In this document: piece by piece, positions 7,985-17,593 of the stretch
Numbering within the stretch: position 1 is the first letter of the stretch
Layout: every line of letters begins with the position of its first letter
IMG/VR virus record: IMGVR_UViG_3300048890_000087
Coordinates: 1 to 45,842 of that record
DNA from: a virus
Lineage: Duplodnaviria > Caudoviricetes
Direction: 5' to 3' (one strand)
DNA: 45,842 nt
Program-made: the position numbers and the translations under genes
Notes under the pieces: generated by a model
Told to the model about the DNA's origin: nothing
The model's database searches: none
The model's input: only the letters and a program-made list of their open reading frames with translations

Positions 7985-10900
7985 CTAAGTCTCGACTTGC
8001 ACAGTGAACGCCCAGTTCACGGAGCCGGACGAGATCACGATCCGGAATTTGTCATCCTGCGTCACATTGAGCGGCGACGACGTCAAAGCCGTGATCGTCG
8101 CCAGAGTTCCGCCTGCGGTTCCATGAACGATTGTCTGCGGCGCCGTAAAGATGCTGGTCCCGTTCTGCGTAATGTCGAAAGTAAGATCGACGGAAGCATC
8201 TGAAGTCGTCGTGATCAGTTTGCAGACCGATAAAGTCGAAGCGCGCGAAGCCGCCATAATCGGGTTCGGCACTGTCGGCGCCGTCACACCGGAATTGATG
8301 GTCCATCCGATCGTCAGCGGAACGGTTGCCGCAACTGGCGCAAGCCCGCCGCCGGTCGTTGCAGCGAGCACAGCGCCACCGCCGCCCCCACCGCCCCCGC
8401 CGGAGCCGCCGCGGCCCTTCCAGAAATCGTTCCAGCTGCCGATCTGTGCAATGTTGAAACAGGTGACTGTATAGCGGTAGTGGCCGAAGCCGGGCAGGTA
8501 CGGATCCGGCACATTCCAGTCGACGGGCACTAATTCCCCTTCGACTTCCTCGATAATCCACTGGATGGGCGCTGCAAGCGAACCGAGCAGCGCGAGCGCG
8601 CCGGATGGCAGAATCAGGCTGCTTGTGAGCGTTTGCCCAGGCAGCAGGCCCGGGTCGAAGCAGACAAATTTGAACCGTTCCGGAATGACCTTGAACGCAG
8701 CGAGCGCCTGTTGCGCCAGCTGCAGTCCGGCGACATTCGACGTCGAGATCAGGCCCTGTGAACTGACGTCGACAATCTGCTGGTATTTGCCGGTACCGCC
8801 GGTGAGCGCTGCCATGGTCGCGACGAGCGGCGTGTCTTCGACTTCAATGATGTTGCCGTCTGCCCGGGTGTATTCGATGTTCAGATTGCTTCCGACATTC
8901 AGCGGCGTCGCCAGCGTTACGACTTTGCTGCCAGGCGTGTAAGCGACGCCCGGCGCTGCAACTGAAGTTCCGGCAACATAGACCTGCAGCGAGATCGTGG
9001 CGCCTTCACCCGGCCCGAGTGATCCCTGCGGCGACGTGCCGCCGGACGTCTGCGTGGCCGACCAAGTGAACGCCGTCCCGGTTGAAGAGAGTGCCGAGAG
9101 CCAGCCGGTTCCGGCGTGTTTCTGTTGAAGCGTGAAGCTCGGTCCGGCCGCGATATTGATCGCATTGCAGAGCGCGTTTTCCCACGTTGGCAGGCTGTAG
9201 GAGATGCCGCGGAGTTGCGTCGCAGGAGACTGGCCGTCGTCGATGCTGGCATTGATCGCGGCCATCAGGTTCGCGCATGTGACGGTATCCGATGTGCCTA
9301 TCACGACCTGGCCGTATTGCGTATTGTCGAGAGACGGCCCGAGACAGGTCCAGACGACCGTTCCATCGCTCGTCGTGCCGCCGGTCGTCGTTGAAAAGGA
9401 TGGTTGCGTTGTGCCGCTCGTGCCGGCGGTCGAACATGACTGCGCGAAGTTTCCTCCACCGCTGACAATGTTCCCGACGCCGTAAGCGGTCGAAGCATGC
9501 CATGGTCCGGTGGGTGCGGCATTGACGAACGTGTAAACCGCATCGCCGGTTGCGAGCCCGGCCGGGCCGAGGCAGGTCCAGATAACCGTTCCGTCTACCG
9601 TCGTGCCAGTCGTGACGTCTGAAAATGTGGGCAGCGAACCGCCGGAAGTGCCTGCGGTCGTGACCTTCTGCGCGAACCCGTTGACGTCGATCAGGATCCC
9701 GTTCAACGCATAGATATGCGTCGGCAACCATGTTCCCGTAGGGACGGCTATCGAAACCGTGTCTCCTACCGCCGGTTGCCCGCTGAACGTGCCGGTCGCG
9801 GTGTTGCATGTGCTCAACGTCGCCCAGGCGTTCGTCACCTGCTGAACCGGGCGCATGAGCGTGATCGTGCGCTGTCCTGCGCCGACAAAGAACTCGCACG
9901 AATGCGCGAACGCATCGTAACTGAGCCGGACGGCCTGCCGGTTGCGGAAATCGGCGCCCGACTTCGTCCAGTTGATCGAGTCCCAGAGAATATTCGAGCT
10001 TTTGAGAGTGAATGGTGCGGGATTCGATGACGGCGCCAGGAAGTTCAATTGCTGCGTGGAGGGATCGACGAACCAGACAAATTGAGCCGTCGTCGCGAAC
10101 TCGTCGAACAGATCACTTAGGCGCTCATAATTGGTCACGAGCAACGGGATTACGGGTCCGTCCTGAATCGTGCCGAGTTGTACGGGCGCCCCGATTTCGA
10201 AGGTCGCGAACAGATCGGAAACAATCGCGCCGCACGTCTGATTCTGGTACTGCTTCGGCTGCGCATAGACCGTATCGAAGATCGATTCGAATGAAACCGC
10301 CGTGGCGTTCACGAACCGGTCGCCAGCCGTGCCGATCCACTGGTTCTCGATGTCCTGTATCAGTCCGGAAAATGCGAGATGCCAGACAGACGTCGCCGGC
10401 GACTGATAGGTGAACGTCTGGTCATAGAGAAAGAACTGCGTGAATTGCGTCGGCGCGTAGGTGTCGGTGGCCTTAACGTAGAGCTGGACCTGCGCCTGGC
10501 CGCGCTGCCTGAGTTGCAGCGTGAACGTGTGCTGGTATCCGGCGCCTTTGAACAGATACTGCGTGCGATCGGTATAGCCGAGAACCGGCTCATTGATGAT
10601 CAGCCAGTCGGGTTGAGAGATCGCAAACCACGGCGGAATCCCGCGGACGAAGTCCGTCATGAATGCAAAGTTCGCCGGGATCAGCGACGTCAATAACGGG
10701 AACGGATCGCCGCGCCCCATTCCGGCGAGATTGCCGCCGGGATAGTAAGGCCCGACGTGCCCGCCGCCGGAACCGCTGTATGGATTTCCGGTCTGATCGA
10801 CCCATCCGGCAACGGTTGGCTTGATTGTGACGGTCTGGCCGAGCGTGTTTGTCGCCGTCATGAACACGCTGTTGACGCCGAACGCAGCGCCGCCCGGGTC

Positions 10901-11179
10901 CGGCTGCAAACCGTAGATAATCACGACCAGCGTCGGGTCGCCGAAGTTGTTCCAGTCTGAAACAGTGAGCGGGAAATTGCTGACGACAGCCGGGCCGAAC
11001 GTGCTGGGGTTCTGGGTGACCAGATTGACGCCATGCGCGGAGAGATCGACCGTAACGATCCGGACCGTGCCCCAGACCAGATCGGCAACGCCTTCGATAA
11101 TTTTGCCGATGGCGACGTCCGAGCTTCCATCGGCATGCAAGCTGATCGAGAGCGATGTGACGTTGGTCGGTAGACTCAT
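7985..11179 (-). CDS. Large tail-tip/hub protein with two internal carbohydrate-binding-like repeats
   Basis: Directly follows the tape measure; FSGLI...; FVWFVDPSTQQLNF hub-like segment; two W..(S)T.Y..G...TTAGTSG...P.F..TTG.T.DGTV.WTCLGP repeats. Confidence 0.65.
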   Translation of the reverse strand: MSLPTNVTSLSISLHADGSSDVAIGKIIEGVADLVWGTVRIVTVDLSAHGVNLVTQNPSTFGPAVVSNFPLTVSDWNNFGDPTLVVIIYGLQPDPGGAAFGVNSVFMTATNTLGQTVTIKPTVAGWVDQTGNPYSGSGGGHVGPYYPGGNLAGMGRGDPFPLLTSLIPANFAFMTDFVRGIPPWFAISQPDWLIINEPVLGYTDRTQYLFKGAGYQHTFTLQLRQRGQAQVQLYVKATDTYAPTQFTQFFLYDQTFTYQSPATSVWHLAFSGLIQDIENQWIGTAGDRFVNATAVSFESIFDTVYAQPKQYQNQTCGAIVSDLFATFEIGAPVQLGTIQDGPVIPLLVTNYERLSDLFDEFATTAQFVWFVDPSTQQLNFLAPSSNPAPFTLKSSNILWDSINWTKSGADFRNRQAVRLSYDAFAHSCEFFVGAGQRTITLMRPVQQVTNAWATLSTCNTATGTFSGQPAVGDTVSIAVPTGTWLPTHIYALNGILIDVNGFAQKVTTAGTSGGSLPTFSDVTTGTTVDGTVIWTCLGPAGLATGDAVYTFVNAAPTGPWHASTAYGVGNIVSGGGNFAQSCSTAGTSGTTQPSFSTTTGGTTSDGTVVWTCLGPSLDNTQYGQVVIGTSDTVTCANLMAAINASIDDGQSPATQLRGISYSLPTWENALCNAINIAAGPSFTLQQKHAGTGWLSALSSTGTAFTWSATQTSGGTSPQGSLGPGEGATISLQVYVAGTSVAAPGVAYTPGSKVVTLATPLNVGSNLNIEYTRADGNIIEVEDTPLVATMAALTGGTGKYQQIVDVSSQGLISTSNVAGLQLAQQALAAFKVIPERFKFVCFDPGLLPGQTLTSSLILPSGALALLGSLAAPIQWIIEEVEGELVPVDWNVPDPYLPGFGHYRYTVTCFNIAQIGSWNDFWKGRGGSGGGGGGGGGAVLAATTGGGLAPVAATVPLTIGWTINSGVTAPTVPNPIMAASRASTLSVCKLITTTSDASVDLTFDITQNGTSIFTAPQTIVHGTAGGTLATITALTSSPLNVTQDDKFRIVISSGSVNWAFTVQVET
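9335..9737 (-). repeat. Two diverged copies of an approximately 58-aa module within the tail-tip gene
   Basis: GTWLPTHIYALNG...DGTVIWTCLGP and GPWHASTAYGVGN...DGTVVWTCLGP. Confidence 0.7.
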
Positions 11180-14100
11180 TTGCTCGAGTACGGAGAATGC
11201 GACGGCGATTGAGTCTTGGCGTAGGTCGCGATTTCTTTCATTAGCTGCCGCACGTTCTGGACGCCGTGGAACTGCGCGTTATTCAGGTGAATGGTCGGTC
11301 CTCCACCGGTACCGCCTGGCGTCGGCTGAATCAGCGGGTTCGTCTGCGCGGATGCTGGAGGCAGGCCTGGCATGGGAACGCTGAGATTGAGCCCGTTGAA
11401 CGATGGAAGCTTCCCGGCTGGGATGATGGTCCCGGCCTGATCCGGCCACCAGAGTTCTTTGCCGCGCTCGCCTACCCATGAGGGACGGTTGACTGGCGGG
11501 CGCCCGCCGTCTGCGAAGCCGAGGAAGCTGCCGGCGATCTTTCCGAGAATGGAACCAAGCCCGCCCTGGCCGAGCACGCCGCCGGATACGATCTTCACCG
11601 GCAACGCATCGCCACCGCCGAAGCCGAATAATCCCTCGAGCAGCCCCGCGGTGCCGCCCGCGCTCGCCTGGCCGATGCCAACGATGCGCACCGGAGTCCC
11701 GCCAGCGGTGTTATCGCTGCCTAAGAATTTCCGGGTGATGTCGCTGACGACTGATCCACCGCCTGGCTGCTGCCCCGTTGCCGGGTTGATGGTAGATCCG
11801 CCGGGCACGGTTGAGCCTGCGACGCCGGTCGAGCCTGGCGCAATGACTTTGAGCGACAGCACGGCCGCAGTCGTCGCATTGACGGCTTTGACGATCTTGT
11901 TATCGCCGACCCATGTGGCCCAGGCAGAAATGACGCCGCCGATGATGCCGCCGGCGGCTGAGATGAGTGGCCCGACGAGTCCACCGGCAACGGTTGACGC
12001 CGTGGAAGCTGCAGCGCCTCCGGCACCCCCGGCAGCACCCGCGATACCGCCCGCAGCCGATTTCAGCGTGCTGGCGCTCAGTGCGGTCGTGTTGGCGATA
12101 ATGGCCGCCGTGTTGGCGGTCGTTGCCACAATCTGAGGCGGTGCAATCGCCTGAAAGACTGCGCCCAATACGGTATGGGCAAGGATTTCCTCGCCGATCT
12201 TTACGATGAGCGACTGAAACACGCTGCCGAGCAACTGCTGGCCGACGCCCCTCAGTTCCTCTTTGATGTCACGGCCAATGCCCCTGCCATCGACAATGCC
12301 GCGCGCCAGCCCGCCGCCGATGGCGTCCGGTACCGCCTGACCTGCCCGAACAATCGCGCTGCGTAGCTTGTACTCGAGCGACTGGCGCTGGATGAGCCCG
12401 AGGATTCGCGTCTGTGCCTGAATGTCGGCGTTATCGCTTTCCGCCTGAAGTTTGGCTATCTCAGCGCGCAGCGTCGCGACCTTCTCATCGGCGTCGACGT
12501 CCTTCGAATTGGCGACGGCTGTCGCAAGTTCAGCATTGAGCCCGGCAATCTTCGCGGCTCGGGCCCGCGCCTCGATCGCTTCCACCTGTGTGGCGAAAGC
12601 GATCCGCTGCGCACCGGTATGGACTACCTGCAGATCGTATTGCTGCTCGAGCCTGAGCTTCTGTTGAATGATCGCCAGTTCATCGGTTTCGGCTGTCGAT
12701 TTTTCGCCGGTTTCGATGACGCGGACGCGCGCCACGGCATTGACTTCAGCCGCCTTGGCCACTGCGTCGGCTGTTTCCTTTGCTGCCGAACGGATCTGGC
12801 TGAAAGCGTCATCCCAGGCGAGCGCCGCCGCATTCGCCTGGCGCGCGATGATTTCCGCCTTTTTCGTCTCTAAATCTGTGACAGCGACGAGCGTTTCATG
12901 CGCCGCATTGAGCTCAAGATCCTTCGATTCGACCCGCGCGGCATCTACTTTGCCCTTAGACTGCTCGAAGATCCGCGCCCTGGTTGCAGCATCTTTACCT
13001 GCTGCCTCCGCTGCCGCTTCCTGATTGATCAGTGCAATCCGTTTTGGCAGTTCGGCCTGCTGGATTGCCGTGATGCCGTCCTGCTTCTCAGCCGCCGCCC
13101 GTACTGCTTCCTGTGCTGAGCGTAACTCGTGCGTGTCGGCGTCACTGATCGCGGCTATCCGCTGCTGGGCGGCGCCGTGACTGATAACAAGCTGATCGTT
13201 GAGCGCACGCCGGAATGCGTCGGTTTCAGCCGCCAGCGACTTCTGCTTATTCGATAGCTGCGCTGTGGCGAGCGCGCCAGCCTGTTCCGCCGAGAGCTTC
13301 CCGTACTGGTCGACGGCATCACGCGCCTCAGCCAGCTTGCCGTCAATCTCGGTCTGCAGCTTGTCGATCTGCGCCTGAACGGCTTTAACCTTGGTCTCTG
13401 TCTCTTTAACGAGCGAGCCGGTGAAGGTGCCGATCGGGTGCTCGATGATGTCACCGCGGCCCTGTCGCGGAATCCGCAGTTGATTGATCTCGGTTTGCTT
13501 GTCGATGACCTGCTTCTGGAGGTCCGCGGCTTCATTACGCAGTACAGCAGCACGCGCCCGAGCTTCGGATGCCGCCCCGAGATCACGGCCGATCTGTTTT
13601 GCGCCCAACTGATCGAGCGTGAGAACCAGATGCGCATAAGCATCGTCCGTCTCTTTGACAGCGGTTTTTAGATTCTCCTGCGCTTTTTTGAGATCGTCCG
13701 ACTTCGACGTCAGACGCGAGATCATCTCAAATAACGCCAGCGCGCCAATGATCGGAAATGCCGTCTGCAGTAACGGGCCCAGACCGGGAATGAGCGTTAG
13801 AAAGCGTTCTACGGCCCGAATCGACTGCTCGCCGAACGCAGTGCGAAGCGCGCCGCTGACTGCCTGTATCTGTGTTATCGCGCCGCCGTGCGCCTGGCCG
13901 ACCTGCCGAACGCCGGATGCCGTATTTGTGGCGGCGACCTGAGCCTGTTGGTAAGAGACCGCGAGCGCCAGATTCCGCTGTGCGGCGAGCGATGCCGCGG
14001 CGCTCTCCTGCTGAATGATGCCGGCCAGCTTGCCGATGGCGACGACTACCTTATCCGCACCCGCTGCCGATTGGTTGAACGCCGCCGAGACTTCCGCGCC

Positions 14101-14205
14101 CGATGTGATGGCGAGAGCCTGCGCACGCGCGAAATCGGCCTGCAGCCGCGAAGTATCGCCGGTAATGATGATCGAGACAGAGCCGAGTACGTTATCGCCA
14201 GCCAT
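11176..14205 (-). CDS. Tail tape measure protein
   Basis: 1009 aa, Ala-rich and helical; N-terminal IIITGDTSRL; C-terminal FADGG....VGERGKELWWP motif; follows the tail chaperones. Confidence 0.9.
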   Translation of the reverse strand: MAGDNVLGSVSIIITGDTSRLQADFARAQALAITSGAEVSAAFNQSAAGADKVVVAIGKLAGIIQQESAAASLAAQRNLALAVSYQQAQVAATNTASGVRQVGQAHGGAITQIQAVSGALRTAFGEQSIRAVERFLTLIPGLGPLLQTAFPIIGALALFEMISRLTSKSDDLKKAQENLKTAVKETDDAYAHLVLTLDQLGAKQIGRDLGAASEARARAAVLRNEAADLQKQVIDKQTEINQLRIPRQGRGDIIEHPIGTFTGSLVKETETKVKAVQAQIDKLQTEIDGKLAEARDAVDQYGKLSAEQAGALATAQLSNKQKSLAAETDAFRRALNDQLVISHGAAQQRIAAISDADTHELRSAQEAVRAAAEKQDGITAIQQAELPKRIALINQEAAAEAAGKDAATRARIFEQSKGKVDAARVESKDLELNAAHETLVAVTDLETKKAEIIARQANAAALAWDDAFSQIRSAAKETADAVAKAAEVNAVARVRVIETGEKSTAETDELAIIQQKLRLEQQYDLQVVHTGAQRIAFATQVEAIEARARAAKIAGLNAELATAVANSKDVDADEKVATLRAEIAKLQAESDNADIQAQTRILGLIQRQSLEYKLRSAIVRAGQAVPDAIGGGLARGIVDGRGIGRDIKEELRGVGQQLLGSVFQSLIVKIGEEILAHTVLGAVFQAIAPPQIVATTANTAAIIANTTALSASTLKSAAGGIAGAAGGAGGAAASTASTVAGGLVGPLISAAGGIIGGVISAWATWVGDNKIVKAVNATTAAVLSLKVIAPGSTGVAGSTVPGGSTINPATGQQPGGGSVVSDITRKFLGSDNTAGGTPVRIVGIGQASAGGTAGLLEGLFGFGGGDALPVKIVSGGVLGQGGLGSILGKIAGSFLGFADGGRPPVNRPSWVGERGKELWWPDQAGTIIPAGKLPSFNGLNLSVPMPGLPPASAQTNPLIQPTPGGTGGGPTIHLNNAQFHGVQNVRQLMKEIATYAKTQSPSHSPYSSK

Positions 14206-14635
14206 CAGTTCACCGTCTGCTTCTGGTTCCGCTCGAGCTCAAGAATGAAGTCCGGCACGAGCGATTCATCGATATCGGTCGGGCGCTGGTTCCGGAACGG
14301 GAATTTATCTTTGAGCGACTTCATGGTTCGCTTTTCGCGATCGCCGCGCCCCAGCAGGTCTTCCGCCGTCCACGGCACGCCCTTCGTGTCGAAATGCGCG
14401 TTGTACAGCGTGGCCTGAATCGAGGCGTGCATGTAGTTCTGGCGCTCAATGCCGTCGAGCCATACGGCGCGCAGCGCGAAGAGCTCCCGCGGCGTAAGCG
14501 CCCAGAAACGCTCATCGGCAAGCCCGAGCCCGGCGCTCGAAACAGCGAACGCCCAGAGCTTCAGGATTCGTTCTGACTCGCCGGCGCTTTCGTCTCCGGA
14601 GTCTGCCGCGCCGAGACTTCCAGCTCCGGGTAGGC
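14205..14635 (-). CDS. Tail assembly chaperone gpT-like segment, reached by -1 frameshift from the upstream gene
   Basis: The -1 frame is open from the slippery site: SLPGAGSLGAADSGDESAGESERILKLWAFAVSSAGLGLADERFWALTPRELF...MHASIQATLYNAHF, with the FW.LTP.E motif. Confidence 0.7.
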
Positions 14636-14917
14636 TTTTTTTATGGCGTCGGTAACGGCCACAATGATGAGCGGCTCGTCTGACGGGTCGAGCATGTCGG
14701 CCAGATCAAGCGCCCGCTCGAAGCCTGCCGAGCGCCAGCGCCCGGTGCTGTCGAACGTGCCCGCCATTGACGCCGCCAGTTCTATCGAGTTGGCATCGGC
14801 CAGCGTTCGGCCCCAGCGCGCCAGCTGGTAGTTTGCCGCATAGGAGTAGCGCAACGTGAAGCTCTGACCGCCGACTGTGATCGATGGCCAGTCAATCGCC
14901 TGTGGTGTCATCTTCAT
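14561..14917 (-). CDS. Tail assembly chaperone gpG-like
   Basis: ITVGGQSFTLRYSY motif; lies between tail tube and tape measure; slippery site near its end. Confidence 0.75.
   Translation of the reverse strand: MKMTPQAIDWPSITVGGQSFTLRYSYAANYQLARWGRTLADANSIELAASMAGTFDSTGRWRSAGFERALDLADMLDPSDEPLIIVAVTDAIKKAYPELEVSARQTPETKAPASQNES
14635..14642 (-). other. -1 programmed ribosomal frameshift site A AAA AAA G
   Basis: GCC ATA AAA AAA GCC on the - strand; the -1 frame runs open to 14205. Confidence 0.75.
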
Positions 14918-15047
14918 GCTCCATTTCGAGTCGCGTCACCCGCCGCTCGAGCGCTTCTATGCGATCGATCACGGCGGGCAGCAGTGAGATATCGGGCGGT
15001 CCCTTCGATATCGGATCCGCCCGGTCGTTTTTGTCGTTCGCGTTCAC
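14892..15047 (-). CDS. Small hypothetical protein (51 aa)
   Basis: Hand-translated from GTG: NANDKNDRADPISKGPPDISLLPAVIDRIEALERRVTRLE...; fills the gap. Confidence 0.45.
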   Translation of the reverse strand: MNANDKNDRADPISKGPPDISLLPAVIDRIEALERRVTRLEMEHEDDTTGD

Positions 15048-15049
15048 GC

Positions 15050-15511
15050 TTACACCAGCAGCGGTGCAGGATCGTTGGCGCTCAGTTCAATCTCGGCCTT
15101 GAATACGCCGCCCACTTTGCCGGTCTCGCTGTAGTTGGTCACGTATGCGAGAAACTGGTCGACCGACTGGCCGGCATCCGGATAAACGGCCTGGAAAGCG
15201 CCCAGAATGCGATGGCGCCACATGTATTTCAGCCCGGTGATTCCGGACTGAATCGAGTTCTGATGCGTTGTCTCGCGCATGACCCAGAAGATGTTGAACT
15301 TGGCCGGGCCGAGATCGAGCAGCGTCGAAATGCGCCGCTTGAATTCATCGCCGACGTTGGTCACTTCGACCGTGTCCGCTTTCATCGGCAAGCTCCAGTC
15401 TTCGACGTTGCAGATCGTGTTGTATACCTGTGGGCTGGCGCCGTTGCCCAACTGCAGCAACAGCCCCTCTACCGCGATTGCGGCTGCGATACTTGACGTT
15501 GGTCCCGGCAT
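15050..15511 (-). CDS. Major tail tube protein
   Basis: ICNVEDWSLPMKADTVEVT...D.GPAKFNI...YPD....FLAYVT pattern of lambda gpV-like tubes; gene order. Confidence 0.85.
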   Translation of the reverse strand: MPGPTSSIAAAIAVEGLLLQLGNGASPQVYNTICNVEDWSLPMKADTVEVTNVGDEFKRRISTLLDLGPAKFNIFWVMRETTHQNSIQSGITGLKYMWRHRILGAFQAVYPDAGQSVDQFLAYVTNYSETGKVGGVFKAEIELSANDPAPLLV

Positions 15512-15525
15512 TTAGTTCTTTCCTT

Positions 15526-15960
15526 TCAAATCGTGTCGTTGCTGAAAATCAAAACATCCACCACCCGCAGGTAGGTCAGTGGGTTGGTATTGGCTATCCC
15601 GAAATCCCTGTCGCCGACGATCAGGTTTGACTGCTGCGAGAGTCCCGCTATTCCACCGCCGGCGAATCCATCGAGAAAGCTGGTGAGCGCGTTGACGACG
15701 AGATCCGCATTCTGCGAATCGTTGCCGGCACCGTAAACGCTGAACTGCATCCGCTGTGAACTGGTTGGCAACCGTCCCGAGACACCGTAGGTGCGCGGAT
15801 TCGATACCTGGCTGACGACGATCGCCGGGAAGCCTGACGACTGCACCAGCTGCTGGTCGAACCACCGAAAGACGCCCGGCGAGCCGCTCAACAGCAGCGC
15901 CGACAAACCCGCATTCTGAGTGGCCGCGAAGTAGAGCCGCGCTTTCAGCGATGTGCTCAT
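15526..15960 (-). CDS. Tail terminator/completion protein (DUF3168-like)
   Basis: FPAIVVSQVS...RMQFSVYG; position just before the tube gene. Confidence 0.7.
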   Translation of the reverse strand: MSTSLKARLYFAATQNAGLSALLLSGSPGVFRWFDQQLVQSSGFPAIVVSQVSNPRTYGVSGRLPTSSQRMQFSVYGAGNDSQNADLVVNALTSFLDGFAGGGIAGLSQQSNLIVGDRDFGIANTNPLTYLRVVDVLIFSNDTI

Positions 15961-16379
15961 AGCGTGACAATCTGCAACCTCACTCGCGTCTGCGTCGCCT
16001 GGCTGTCGTCTTCGGCGCCAGTCATGTCATAGATCTTTGTGATGCCGTCGGGATCCGTGATCGAGCACTGCCAGCCCTGCCCGGTGGCATCCCGCAATTG
16101 CTGGTAGCAGCCGCCGAGCAGCACATGCCGGTACCTGCCAGCCTCAAGCTGCATAATGGCTTTTGATTCGTCCGAACTGACGCGGCCAATCGATTCCGGC
16201 GCGTCCATGCAGGGAATGTTCTGGAGTCCGGCGACGGGCTGGTATGCGGTAACAATGTTGCCGGTCGGTCCCTGCTGGTTCGCCGGCGGCGCACTGAATG
16301 AAGCGAGCGAACTGAAGAGCCCGGTCGAAACGGCCAGAGGCATCACTGCGGCGATTTCATAGGCCAGCGACTGGTTCAC
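15957..16379 (-). CDS. Head-tail joining (head closure) protein
   Basis: Size, position and QTRVRLQIV C-terminus. Confidence 0.6.
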   Translation of the reverse strand: MNQSLAYEIAAVMPLAVSTGLFSSLASFSAPPANQQGPTGNIVTAYQPVAGLQNIPCMDAPESIGRVSSDESKAIMQLEAGRYRHVLLGGCYQQLRDATGQGWQCSITDPDGITKIYDMTGAEDDSQATQTRVRLQIVTL

Positions 16380-16585
16380 GATGCCGCCTCCGCTGGGAGT
16401 TCCGCGAACTGGTTCACGCCATAGAAGCCGGTACCATCGCCTTCACGAAACCTGCGACCGTGCCAGACGATCTCGCGCAGCGGCTGGCCCTGCGTGCGAG
16501 GCTCCAGCCAGAGCTCGCCGACGCGCCTGTCGTTCAGATCGAAGAGTTCGCAGCAGACTGGGCGAGTGTCCATCGCGGGTGCCAT
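16376..16585 (-). CDS. Small hypothetical protein
   Basis: 69-aa ORF coupled to both neighbours. Confidence 0.55.
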   Translation of the reverse strand: MAPAMDTRPVCCELFDLNDRRVGELWLEPRTQGQPLREIVWHGRRFREGDGTGFYGVNQFAELPAEAAS

Positions 16586-17037
16586 CAGAAAGTAAGCCCC
16601 TGCTGGCGCTGCGCTTGCTTCGAGATCCGGGAAAGCAACGACGGATCGTCGTTTACCTGCTCAATCACCATGAACGCGCCAGCATCGTCATCCGTTGCAC
16701 GGTAGGCTGCCGCCTGCGCCATCAGCATCTTCGCCGCATCCGATGGGCTCAGTTCCACATCGAGAATGCGCCGGATCGACGACAGTCTGGCCTTATTCGC
16801 GGCTATGGCGTCGAGCAGCAGTGCCGCCACACGCAGATAAGACACCGGACTTGAAGGGAGGATCTGCCCGGCGGGCGGCGAGTAGTACTGGCCGCTCTGA
16901 AACTGGCTCTGCTGAATTGTGTAGGCCGCAGTGATTTCGTTGTCCTGAAAGATCGGATCGGCCGCATTTGTGTCTGAAATCAGGAGCCGCACGTATGAAA
17001 TGAGCGGCGCAGTGTCGAAGTCATAGGTGAAAGCCAT
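16585..17037 (-). CDS. Head-tail adaptor/connector protein
   Basis: MAFTY....ISYVRLLISDT....IFQDNEI motif typical of adaptor proteins; ATG 17037 overlaps the upstream TAA. Confidence 0.7.
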   Translation of the reverse strand: MAFTYDFDTAPLISYVRLLISDTNAADPIFQDNEITAAYTIQQSQFQSGQYYSPPAGQILPSSPVSYLRVAALLLDAIAANKARLSSIRRILDVELSPSDAAKMLMAQAAAYRATDDDAGAFMVIEQVNDDPSLLSRISKQAQRQQGLTF

Positions 17038-17507
17038 TACGACACCACCTCGCCCGGATACCATCGCCCGGCGAACAGTTCCGGCTGCTGATCCACCTTC
17101 ACCCGCTGCACGTGATCGGGATCAACGAAGCCATGCCGCACGCCATGAGAGCCCCAGTCGAGGCCCGAGATCATGCCGTGCTTCTCTGCGAGGTCACGCA
17201 GAAACGACCAGTCACCCGCCCATGAAGCCTGACCGCCGATCAGCTTGCAGAAGTCAGCAGCGAGCCCGTAGTGATGCACGCCCACCGTTTCGAGTTGCGT
17301 GGCGCCCTGGCGGAACAGAAGCGACTGCCGTGCCCGGCTGCGATAGGTCTCGGTGATCAGCAGATTGATTCCCATCCCGCGCGCATCGGACTGAATCATC
17401 TGCACCGCATCGCGGGTCGCAGGCTCGAGCAGCGCCAGGTCGCGCACGTTCATGAGCGAGTTGAAGTCCGGATGCTTTTGGATCACGTCGGTGTAGAAAT
17501 TTCCCAT
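17037..17507 (-). CDS. M15-family peptidoglycan peptidase (L-Ala-D-Glu type), putative endolysin
   Basis: TETYRSRARQ..LF, H.YGLAADF, WG...DPDHVQ (Zn-binding H/D/H). Confidence 0.85.
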   Translation of the reverse strand: MGNFYTDVIQKHPDFNSLMNVRDLALLEPATRDAVQMIQSDARGMGINLLITETYRSRARQSLLFRQGATQLETVGVHHYGLAADFCKLIGGQASWAGDWSFLRDLAEKHGMISGLDWGSHGVRHGFVDPDHVQRVKVDQQPELFAGRWYPGEVVS

Positions 17508-17593
17508 CGCCTTTCAGTTCAAACGCCGCGCCCATCACCGGAGGAGATGACGAACGCGGCGCCTTTTGCCCTGCGGGGTATGGCTATTCCCCG

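Noticed and set aside
8379-8415. GC-rich CCG/CCC run
   Set aside because: Encodes a poly-Gly linker with mixed codons in the tail-tip protein
9335-9737. Diversity-generating retroelement TR/VR pair
   Set aside because: No reverse transcriptase; the repeats differ at all base types and both lie in frame within one gene
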